From: an uncultured Spirochaetaceae bacterium
GTDB taxonomy: Bacteria > Spirochaetota > Spirochaetia > DSM-27196 > PWMO01
DNA: 64,000 nt
NCBI GenBank assembly: GCA_964654185.1
Contig: CAZZIE010000006.1
Span: 2,556-66,555, forward strand
Direction of reading: 5' to 3'
Shown here in pieces: positions 38,409 to 46,157 of the stretch (the first letter of the stretch is position 1; each line of letters opens with the position of its first letter). The notes under the pieces were generated by a model that made no database searches, was not told where the DNA came from, and saw nothing but the letters and a program-made list of their open reading frames with translations. Position numbers and translations under genes: made by a program.

Positions 38409-38891
38409 TCACATGTTCCGAATGTAGAACCCGTTCAGCACGGGAATGGTGCGTCCTGTCTCCGGATCGTCCGCCACACCGGCAATGGTGCCGACGACAA
38501 TGACCTCTTGGTTCCGCTCAATGATACCGCCGGGCGGCTCGTTCCGGGTGCGCCGCGTCGGGATCCGCTCGGCGAATTCCGGACCCTGCACGATTATGGC
38601 GGCCTTGTACATGACGATCTGGTCGAGGCCGCGCCATTGTCCCGACACCACGTCGATCTCGGCGCGGAAGGTCTCCGGGTTGGGATCGACCACGTTGACC
38701 GCAGCGACAACCCCGTTGAGCACCAGGACCGAGTCGTTCTGCATCAACGCCTCGGGCGATCGTTGCGCCTGCACGGCAAGGGCTTGCAGAGAGGAGTCGA
38801 AGTCGACAACCTGGTCGAAGGTTTCCTTATCGACGCCGAATGCCGCAACAGCGAGCGACACGGCGAGTATTGTGCAGAATAGGCGTTTCAT
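38409..38891 (-). CDS. Secreted protein of unknown function
   Basis: Signal peptide MKRLFCTILAVSLAVAAFG and natural amino-acid composition, preceded by a good promoter. Confidence 0.7.
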   Translation of the reverse strand: MKRLFCTILAVSLAVAAFGVDKETFDQVVDFDSSLQALAVQAQRSPEALMQNDSVLVLNGVVAAVNVVDPNPETFRAEIDVVSGQWRGLDQIVMYKAAIIVQGPEFAERIPTRRTRNEPPGGIIERNQEVIVVGTIAGVADDPETGRTIPVLNGFYIRNM

Positions 38892-38920
38892 GCATGCTCC
38901 CGATACGTGCGATGCGCCTA

Positions 38921-38950
38921 ATTATAGTCGCGTACCGATAGGTTGTCCAA
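38921..38950 (-). promoter_or_regulatory. Sigma70-like promoter TTGGAC-N18-TATAAT for the secreted-protein gene
   Basis: The minus strand reads ttggac aacctatcggtacgcgac tataat, about 30 nt upstream of the ATG. Confidence 0.45.
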
Positions 38951-38966
38951 AGCAGCGAGACCCCGG

Positions 38967-39755
38967 ATGAATGAAGACTCCCGGCAACAGTCGAAGGCTC
39001 CGCTTACGGACCATCGCGCGCTGGTCATCGGCGGATCCGGCGGCATCGGTAAGGGCGTCGCCACGGCCCTTGCACAGGCCGGGGCAAACGTCCTGGTACA
39101 CGGCAGGAGAGGATCCAGGGTCGATGCTACCGTGCGTGCAATCCGGGACGGCGGCGGCCGGGCGGAGCCACTGGTTCACGAGATCTCCGCCGACCAGCCG
39201 GGAATGGGTGGGGGAGCATCGCCGGCGGAGGGGCTCATTACCGCGCTGCCGTCTCCCGGAAGCTTCGACATCCTGGTCGTCGCCTTCGGTCCCATTCTCT
39301 ACCGCACCTTCAATGAAACAAGCCTCACCGACTACCGCATCATGGCGGAGTTGAACTACCTCGTCCCGATTGCACTGGTGCAGGCGTGCGCTCCCGGCAT
39401 GATCGATCGCGGCTTCGGCCGGATCATCCTCTTCGGAGGCACAGCGACCGACCGCATCAAGGGTTTCGCCACAATCCCGGCGTACAGCGCGGCCAAGACC
39501 GCCCTCGGCTCCTTCGTGAAGTCCGCTGCCAGGCATCTTCGCGGAACGGGGGTAACGATAAACGCGCTTTGTCCCGATCATGTTCATACCGAGTATTTGA
39601 CCGAAGGAGAGATCCAAGGGTATTCTCAGCAGATGCCCAATGGTCGATTGGTCACTGTGGAGGAGGTCGTCAGCCTCGTCTCGTATCTTATGACGCCGCA
39701 GGCGGCATCGATCAATGGACAGCTCCTGGTCGTGGATCAAGGAAGACAACGGTGA
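38967..39755 (+). CDS. Short-chain dehydrogenase/reductase (SDR)
   Basis: Motifs VIGGSGGIGKGV and YSAAK. ATG at 38967 is preferred because the track start at 38943 lies inside the divergent promoter. Confidence 0.85.
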   Translation: MNEDSRQQSKAPLTDHRALVIGGSGGIGKGVATALAQAGANVLVHGRRGSRVDATVRAIRDGGGRAEPLVHEISADQPGMGGGASPAEGLITALPSPGSFDILVVAFGPILYRTFNETSLTDYRIMAELNYLVPIALVQACAPGMIDRGFGRIILFGGTATDRIKGFATIPAYSAAKTALGSFVKSAARHLRGTGVTINALCPDHVHTEYLTEGEIQGYSQQMPNGRLVTVEEVVSLVSYLMTPQAASINGQLLVVDQGRQR

Positions 39756-39825
39756 TATGGCAACCAACGGTGATATGGTGTTGATAGGGCCGGAACCCCT
39801 TGGAATGTGGACGAACCAACGCTAT

Positions 39826-39855
39826 TTGACAAAGAATCGAACACAGGAATAAGAT
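39826..39855 (+). promoter_or_regulatory. Sigma70-like promoter TTGACA-N18-TAAGAT ahead of the STAS/psp operon
   Basis: ttgaca at 39826-39831 and taagat at 39850-39855. A 6-bp stem hairpin at 39881-39898 and AAGGAGA before the ATG at 39913 follow. Confidence 0.5.
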
Positions 39856-39912
39856 GGGTTCAAGTAAAAAGGCCTTGCTTCAGAAGGTGTATCTTCTGAT
39901 CGAAGGAGAGAC

Positions 39913-40464
39913 ATGAACAACAACGATATCGTTCCCGGTTTTGACGAGGAAAAGGACGAAAGCCTAAAGATCCGGCTCCAGAAGGTGGACTCCGTCGACG
40001 GCGGTCTCATTCTCTATTTGACCGGCTACATCGATACCTACAACTCAAACTTCTTTCAGAAGCGTGTTACCCGTGCGGTCGAGGCGGGATACACCCGGCT
40101 GATCTTCCATTGTGGCGGGCTGAACTACGTGTCCAGTACCGGAATCGGCTCCTTCACCGCGTTTCTCAAGGCGGTGAAGCCACGCGGCGGCGATCTGGTC
40201 CTCCTCGAGATCCAGCCCAAGGTATACGAAGTATTCCAGCTCCTCGGTTTCTCTCAGTTCTTCAATATCAAGGATAACCTTGACGAGGCGGTTGAGTTCT
40301 TCAAGAAGGGTGGAGTCACCGTCGAGTCGGACGTTTTCCCGAAGATCTTCAAGTGCCCGATCTGCTCGAAGAAACTCAAGGCGACCAAGGCGGGGCGCTT
40401 CCGCTGTTCCGAGTGCAAGACCATCCTCGCGATAGACAACTCCGGGCAGGTCTTCCTCGGCTAG
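39913..40464 (+). CDS. STAS-domain (anti-sigma-antagonist-like) protein fused to a C-terminal zinc ribbon
   Basis: SpoIIAA-like core with a Ser-bearing loop (LNYVSSTGIGSF). C-terminal CPIC-N13-CSEC. Confidence 0.85.
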   Translation: MNNNDIVPGFDEEKDESLKIRLQKVDSVDGGLILYLTGYIDTYNSNFFQKRVTRAVEAGYTRLIFHCGGLNYVSSTGIGSFTAFLKAVKPRGGDLVLLEIQPKVYEVFQLLGFSQFFNIKDNLDEAVEFFKKGGVTVESDVFPKIFKCPICSKKLKATKAGRFRCSECKTILAIDNSGQVFLG

Positions 40465-40520
40465 CGTTCATCCTGTAGAATGGCTCCACTCTAGAATCCA
40501 ACAAGTCGGAGCCGAACGCA

Positions 40521-40898
40521 ATGGATAGTGCCAAAATCGAAGGATACCTCATCAATCTGGGCCTGACGTTCCGGGACCTCGGAGATAAGGCGTGGATGAT
40601 TGAAGATCCCGAAAGCGGTCTCAGCAACGTGGTTGTCTTTGCCCAGGACTCCCTCGTTACCATTCGGACAAAGATCATGAACGTCCCGAGTGAGCGCCGG
40701 GAGGAGTTCTTCCAGACGCTACTCTCCCTCAACGCAGAAATGATCCACGGGGCCTACGCTCTGGACGACGACAACGTTATCTTGATTGATACGTTGGAGC
40801 TTGAGACCATGGACCTGGAGGAGTTCCAGGCATCGCTGGACGCAACAGGGCTGGCCCTTGCCCAACATTACGCCGTGCTTTCAGAATTTCGCACGTAA
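40521..40898 (+). CDS. YbjN-like / type III chaperone-like small protein
   Basis: 125 aa with a pattern (IEGYLINLGLTF..W.I.....NVVVF..DSLVTIRTKIM..L..N....GAYALDDD.VILIDTL) that resembles the YbjN family. Confidence 0.6.
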   Translation: MDSAKIEGYLINLGLTFRDLGDKAWMIEDPESGLSNVVVFAQDSLVTIRTKIMNVPSERREEFFQTLLSLNAEMIHGAYALDDDNVILIDTLELETMDLEEFQASLDATGLALAQHYAVLSEFRT

Positions 40899-40912
40899 GG
40901 AGGAGGATCCCC

Positions 40913-41749
40913 GTGGGGATTTTTGAACGATTCAGACGACTGGTCCAGTCCAATCTCAACGATATGATCAGCAAGGCGGAGGATCCCGAGAAGATGCTCA
41001 ACCAGCTGATCACCGATATGAATCAGCAGCTCATCGAGTCCAAGAAGAGCGTCGCCTCCGCCATTGCCGACGAGAAGAAGATCGAGCGGCAGATGAACCA
41101 GAGCCGGGAACAGGCCCAGGAGTGGGAACGCAAGGCCATGCTCGCAGTTCGCGCCGGAAAGGATGATCTCGCCAAGGAAGCGCTTGGACGCAAGCGCGAA
41201 ATGGAGAAGTACGCCGGCGAGTACAAGGAACAACTCGATCAGCAGCACGAGTCGGTAGAGAAGCTGAAGACCTCGCTCCGCGGATTACAGCAGAAGATCG
41301 AAGAGGCCCAGCGCAAGAAGAACCTTCTTGTTGCACGGTCCAAGCGCGTAGAGGCGCAGAAGAAGCTGCAGAGCACGCTGAGCGGGATGTCCGATACCTC
41401 CGCCTTCGAGGCCTTCGACCGTATGTCCCAGAAGATGGACCAACTCGAGGCTGAGAACGAGGCAATGGAGGAGCTCGAGGACTACTCCGGCAAGCAGGAT
41501 ATCGACGAGAAGTTCGCGGAGCTGGAGTCCGGCAGTGGCGACGCCGACAAGATGCTGGACGACCTCAAGAAGCGGATGGCTATCGAGGACCAGACAAGCG
41601 GTTCCTCCGGGAAGTCCGGAGAGACCGGCAAGTCCGAGAGTAAGGCCGACAGCAAGGGCTCATCCTCCGACGGGTCGCCCTCGGAGAGTGAAGAGGATGT
41701 CGACGCTACACTGGAAGAGCTCAAGCGCCGCATGAAGGATGAGGAGTAG
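40913..41749 (+). CDS. pspA: PspA/IM30 family protein
   Basis: GIFERFRRLVQSNLNDMISKAEDPEKMLNQLI is a canonical PspA N-terminus with long coiled coils. GTG start with an AAGGAGGAGG SD. Confidence 0.92.
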   Translation: MGIFERFRRLVQSNLNDMISKAEDPEKMLNQLITDMNQQLIESKKSVASAIADEKKIERQMNQSREQAQEWERKAMLAVRAGKDDLAKEALGRKREMEKYAGEYKEQLDQQHESVEKLKTSLRGLQQKIEEAQRKKNLLVARSKRVEAQKKLQSTLSGMSDTSAFEAFDRMSQKMDQLEAENEAMEELEDYSGKQDIDEKFAELESGSGDADKMLDDLKKRMAIEDQTSGSSGKSGETGKSESKADSKGSSSDGSPSESEEDVDATLEELKRRMKDEE

Positions 41750-42413
41750 CGATCCCCCGGACTCGCCCGCCGACCTTCCCTCAGCCATTCTCCTGAGTGA
41801 CAGCGCGTCCGAACGGGCGCGCTTTCGTATCCATCTTCGGGATCTGCACGCCTGTACCTTCGAGGCCGCATCGAGCCTTGAGGAAATCGATTACGCCGAC
41901 ATCGTTGTGACCCCGAGCAGGCTGCTGCGCCGCGTGCTGGATGCCGCACCGGAGATCCCGGAAGCGGCGTGCCTGTTCGTGTTCGGCCCGGCGCGGGAGC
42001 TGCCGGCGGCCTACCTGGCAGGCGCCTGGGACTTCATGAAGGAACCCTGGGACGTCGAGGAGTTGCTGTTCCGGGTGACGGCCCTCGCCGAAAGGGTTCA
42101 CGCTCCCCTCCGCGGACCGGCAGGTACCCTCGGACCGAGGTCCCTCACCATAAACGACGTTGACATCCCCCTTTCGCGAGAAGACGTCCGGCTGCTGCGC
42201 GTGTTCTGGAACGCCCCGGACGGTGTGGCGACGCGACGGGCCCTTGCCTTTGCCCTGGGCGTGGACGCCGCCGGTGCTTCCCGCGCCGTGGACATGCGCG
42301 TGGCGAGGCTCCGGAAGCGTCTGCAGCCCGCTTTCGCATACGACAACCCCATTGTTTCGATCCGGGGGCGCGGATACCGTCTCAACAGGGACCTTCCACA
42401 GGGTTGTGGATAA
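41739..42413 (+). CDS. OmpR-type winged-helix regulator with a degenerate (pseudo-)receiver domain
   Basis: C-terminal Trans_reg_C pattern (VDMRVARLRKRL..IVSIRGRGYRL). The receiver-like N-terminus lacks the acidic pocket (ILLSDSAS) and the phospho-Asp (ADIVVTP) but keeps KEP. It overlaps pspA by 11 nt. Confidence 0.8.
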   Translation: MRSSDPPDSPADLPSAILLSDSASERARFRIHLRDLHACTFEAASSLEEIDYADIVVTPSRLLRRVLDAAPEIPEAACLFVFGPARELPAAYLAGAWDFMKEPWDVEELLFRVTALAERVHAPLRGPAGTLGPRSLTINDVDIPLSREDVRLLRVFWNAPDGVATRRALAFALGVDAAGASRAVDMRVARLRKRLQPAFAYDNPIVSIRGRGYRLNRDLPQGCG

Positions 42414-42708
42414 ATTGTGAGCAATTTCGACTGTCCGCAGCCATTAAGCGACCACCTCGTCACTTCGGATGGCTCCCGCTTTCCGTTGCAAAGCCGCGCC
42501 GCCCCCGAAACATCGTAAAGATTTGTATCTAAAGGACTTATACCGCACAGACGCATTTTCGAGGTTTTTGTACATTTCTTCGGTGCTCATGGTGTTCACA
42601 ATTCGATACAGCGCAACCTGATTTGCTTGTGGAAAACTTGTGCAATCTAGTGGGGTGTTTATCCTAGTGTCCGACAATTCGGCCACTTGAACGGTCCCAT
42701 TTGTTCTG

Positions 42709-42737
42709 TTGAACAGCCCCCGGGGCCGTGCTAAAGT
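42709..42737 (+). promoter_or_regulatory. Sigma70-like promoter TTGAAC-N17-TAAAGT immediately before the GTG at 42744 (possible leaderless transcript)
   Basis: Read directly. The -10 element ends 6 nt before the start codon. Confidence 0.35.
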
Positions 42738-42743
42738 CAGCCT

Positions 42744-43709
42744 GTGAAAGAGGTTCTCTCGGCAGCCGGTCGGTTTCTCGCGATCCTCTTCGTTGTATTG
42801 ATCACTGTTGTCGGTGTCACCTTTCTCCTCGGCGCCATTCCCGTCTGGAGCGGTGCCGTACAGGCGAGCGCAGCCACCTTTCTCGACCTCGCCGTCGACA
42901 CTCTGAGAGATACCTGGCTCGCAACCGGCGCCCTCGCGATCATCGCGTGGCTTTTCTCGCTCCTGCGACGGCCGGATCACCGCTTCGTCACTCGTCTGGT
43001 CGTCTTCGTGATCGGGACGGTCATCTTCCTGGCCGGAGGTGTGGTGATCCGCATGCTGGGGCAGGGAGTCGCCGCGCCGCCGGCCGGCGTTGTCGTCGAG
43101 CCTCAGGGCTACTACCACACAGGCGACGGATTTCTCTATCTCGATGCCCGGGAGGGGCTGACCTACCGGGGCGGTATCCGCCTCCAGGCCGGGGACGCCC
43201 CCCGGATCACCGCACTCCGGACGGTGCGGCAGGACCCGGAGGCCGGCACCGTAACGATTCCGGCAACGGAGGAGCGTCTCGCCCTGGGCGGCTTCAACAG
43301 CGTGTACTGGAACGAGACGGTGCCGCCGGCCGGATTCGGCGGGTTCTTCAGGAACGCCGCGGATGTCGGCAGGACCTGGATCGCAGATGCATCGGTGAGT
43401 AACCTTCCCTATCTGGCCTTTGGCATCGTCCTGATGGCTCTTTGTCTGTCGGCGTGGAGTATCGTGCGCCTTTCCCGGTGGCCCCTTCTCAATGCAATCC
43501 TGATGGTCCTGCTCATCTGGGGCCTCGTCACCGTCCTGTCGCTGGATATGAACCAGGTAGTCGCCGACCTGCTGGGCGACGATCTCTCCGAGGGTGTCAG
43601 GGAGTTTCTGCCTCACGCGCTCCTTGCTTCACTTGCCGTGGTCTTTGCCGTGATAAACGTCTTTCAGCCACCGTTCCGACAGTGGCAGAGGAATGTCGCC
43701 GGTGGATGA
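42744..43709 (+). CDS. Polytopic membrane protein with 3+3 TM and a central beta-rich loop (LptF/LptG-like topology)
   Basis: Three N-terminal and three C-terminal TM segments flank a ~110-aa loop. The antisense 390-aa ORF was rejected on composition. Confidence 0.65.
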   Translation: MKEVLSAAGRFLAILFVVLITVVGVTFLLGAIPVWSGAVQASAATFLDLAVDTLRDTWLATGALAIIAWLFSLLRRPDHRFVTRLVVFVIGTVIFLAGGVVIRMLGQGVAAPPAGVVVEPQGYYHTGDGFLYLDAREGLTYRGGIRLQAGDAPRITALRTVRQDPEAGTVTIPATEERLALGGFNSVYWNETVPPAGFGGFFRNAADVGRTWIADASVSNLPYLAFGIVLMALCLSAWSIVRLSRWPLLNAILMVLLIWGLVTVLSLDMNQVVADLLGDDLSEGVREFLPHALLASLAVVFAVINVFQPPFRQWQRNVAGG

Positions 43710-45417
43710 GTCACTGCGCAAGACCTTTCTGGCCGGGATACCGGCGCTCCTGCTGGCGGTGGGCGTTTCGATCGGGCTCTCACTCTGGCAGATGCCGGAA
43801 GACATCCTCATTGCGCCCATGCGGGGCCCCTGGGTTCTCAACGATGTGGTGATTCGCCTCATCGACATCCTGATTCCCCTGGCCATGACGGTCTTCGCCG
43901 TGGTGTTTTCACTCCTGTTGAACCCGGCGCACATCTCCGGCGAGAAGGGCGCCATGCCCGGGTTCTTTCGCCTGGCCCATCAGGTACTGGTCTTCATCAT
44001 TATTGGTACCGTTGTGTACGGCATCATTCTGGGCGTGCTCCGGCCGGTGGCGGTATCCGCCCGGGAGCGCGCGGAAGCGGACAGCGTTATTGCCGCGGAG
44101 GCACTGGAGCGCGGGCGCAACTACATGGAAGCGGAGCGCTACAGCGATGCAGCGCGCGCCTTCGGCTCCTACCTGGCGCTGAATCCCGGCGACGAAGCGG
44201 TGGTGGAGGAATTGACTCAGGCGCGCGCCGCCATGCGCACGGTTTCGGACGGCGAAGCCGAGGCACCGGAGCAGGGCTTCACGCCCGCTCAGGCGCTGCG
44301 CGACCTTTCGGTGGGGGACCTCATCCGGCGCGCCCAGGAGTTCCTGGCGAACGACGACTTCTTCTCGGCGCACTACTACGCGAGCCAGGCGCTGAATCTG
44401 GACCCGGAATCGCCGCAGGCGCAGCAGATCGCCGCGAGAGCGCGGGCGGCTTTGCAGCGACCGACACCCAATCAGGAAGAGCAGGCGCAGGCCGAGGTGT
44501 TCCGTCGAAAACGGGATGGCTACCTTGCTCTCTATGAGGAGAACGATCCCATCTCTGCGTACTACATCTTCACACGACTGCAGGAGGAGCAGCCCCGTGA
44601 CCCGGATGTGGAACGCTACTACGCCGAAGCGCTCGATCGGGTGCAGGAAGTCTCGTTTTTCGTTGATGATGCTCAGCAGAACGTCGATCTGCCGGGAAGC
44701 CACAACATCGTCTTCACCTTCATGGAGAGCGGAGATATCCGCACCCACGTGTGGGTGGACAAGACCGTCCTGGCTACGTCGGGAACGTACCTCTACGGAA
44801 TCGAGGCGATCGGCCTTCGGGGCGGTACCACGGAGTACCACCTCCTTGCGGACTACGGAAAGATGGTGGGCGACGTTCTGAACATGCGCGGAATCGATCG
44901 CGACGTGCCGCAGCGCCGGACGGAACCGCAGTACGTGGCGGGCTCGCGACCGCAGCAGGAACGCGTGCTCCTGCAGATCCCCTTCTCCACGGATGCCATG
45001 CTGCAGGCGAGTTACGCCGGGATCGGCATGGAAGAGGCCGGCGTGCTGCAGCTCCTCAATATGCGCAGCTCCTACCCGGGACTTGGCCACAGAGTGGCGC
45101 CGGTCTACCGGGAGCTCCTGCAACGACTGACCATGCCCTTCGCCTTCGTGGTGCTCTCCATTCTGTCGGTCGCCCTCGGATGGCGGTGGCGAAGCCGCTC
45201 CCTCTCACGCCCTTCGGTATTCGTCATTGCCATGGCCCCGCTCGTCTTTCTGCTCGCGTACTGGCTGGCAATGCTGTACATCTACCTGCACGAGGGCCTG
45301 ACAACGCTGCTGGTGGCGACAACCGAACCGTTGATTGCGACGATCCTGCTGGTGGTGGTGGAGACGCTGGTGCTCGTCGTGGCACTGGTTGTCTTTGCCG
45401 GTCAGAAGACGAGATGA
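43693..45417 (+). CDS. Polytopic membrane protein with 3+3 TM and a large TPR-like plus beta-rich periplasmic insert (LptF/LptG-like topology)
   Basis: Same 3+3 layout as its neighbour. The insert has TPR-like helices (ERYSDAARAFGSYLALNP..). It overlaps the upstream gene by 17 nt. Confidence 0.65.
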   Translation: MSPVDESLRKTFLAGIPALLLAVGVSIGLSLWQMPEDILIAPMRGPWVLNDVVIRLIDILIPLAMTVFAVVFSLLLNPAHISGEKGAMPGFFRLAHQVLVFIIIGTVVYGIILGVLRPVAVSARERAEADSVIAAEALERGRNYMEAERYSDAARAFGSYLALNPGDEAVVEELTQARAAMRTVSDGEAEAPEQGFTPAQALRDLSVGDLIRRAQEFLANDDFFSAHYYASQALNLDPESPQAQQIAARARAALQRPTPNQEEQAQAEVFRRKRDGYLALYEENDPISAYYIFTRLQEEQPRDPDVERYYAEALDRVQEVSFFVDDAQQNVDLPGSHNIVFTFMESGDIRTHVWVDKTVLATSGTYLYGIEAIGLRGGTTEYHLLADYGKMVGDVLNMRGIDRDVPQRRTEPQYVAGSRPQQERVLLQIPFSTDAMLQASYAGIGMEEAGVLQLLNMRSSYPGLGHRVAPVYRELLQRLTMPFAFVVLSILSVALGWRWRSRSLSRPSVFVIAMAPLVFLLAYWLAMLYIYLHEGLTTLLVATTEPLIATILLVVVETLVLVVALVVFAGQKTR

Positions 45418-46157
45418 TCCTGCAATCCCCCTTCATCAGGCGCATTGGAACGACCATGCGCCCCTTTCGCGGTGTCATTCTTGGCGGCCTGGCCGGAATT
45501 CCCCTCGGGCTGTACGGAGTCGCTCTCGGCGGCCTTACCGGGTTCCTGGTAGATCAGACGCTGGTACGGGGCCGGGAGAAGCGCCTCCCCCCACCGGTTC
45601 GCAGCCTGGTCGTGCTGGTCCGCTACTGCGGAAGTGCCGCCGATTTGCCCCACGGCCTTCTGCGCGACACACTGGCCGTGCTTGTCGATGCCGGCGTCAT
45701 CTCCCCGGCCAGACGTATTTCGGTTCCGCGCGGGACCTGGCAGTTGCCGGTCCTGACCGGGGAAGCGCAGGCGGCGGCGGAGCGGCTTCGCATATCGATC
45801 GACGAGGCGCAGGCGCGCCGGCTCTGTGCGGCCTTCCGCACGGCGGCCTCGGAAGGGGAAATCGACGAGCTGAAGGCGAGCGAGATCCTCGGCTGGCTTC
45901 ACGGCGCGGATACCGACAGCGCCGCCGGTGAGATCAGTCACGCCGTCACCCTCCTTGGCATCTCCGCGGACGCCCCGGTCGGGGATGCGAAGCGAGCGTA
46001 CCGGCGGCTTGCGGCGCAGTTCCATCCCGACGCAACCTACGGGCTGACGGAGACGCAGCAGCGCGAAGCGGCGGAGGCGTTCCGGCGGATTCAGGAAGCC
46101 TACGAAACCTACGTCGCCTTCCGGGCCGCCGCCGACAGGAAGGAAGTCGATACGTGA
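45414..46157 (+). CDS. DjlA-like membrane-associated J-domain protein
   Basis: Gly-zipper hydrophobic N-terminus and a C-terminal J domain (AKRAYRRLAAQFHPD). ATGA overlap with the upstream stop. Confidence 0.8.
   Translation: MILQSPFIRRIGTTMRPFRGVILGGLAGIPLGLYGVALGGLTGFLVDQTLVRGREKRLPPPVRSLVVLVRYCGSAADLPHGLLRDTLAVLVDAGVISPARRISVPRGTWQLPVLTGEAQAAAERLRISIDEAQARRLCAAFRTAASEGEIDELKASEILGWLHGADTDSAAGEISHAVTLLGISADAPVGDAKRAYRRLAAQFHPDATYGLTETQQREAAEAFRRIQEAYETYVAFRAAADRKEVDT

Noticed and set aside
39756-39912. Sigma54 promoter (TGGCAC-N5-TTGC) upstream of the psp module, as in E. coli pspA.
   Set aside because: The nearest TGGCA-like strings (tggcaaccaacggtg) lack the -12 TTGC element. A good sigma70-type TTGACA/TAAGAT pair is present instead.
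42444-42590. 48-codon minus-strand ORF (MSTEEMYKNLENASVRYKSF...) in the AT-rich gap.
   Set aside because: It has no SD, no convincing promoter and no recognisable motif. It is mentioned under the intergenic-island finding but not called as a CDS.
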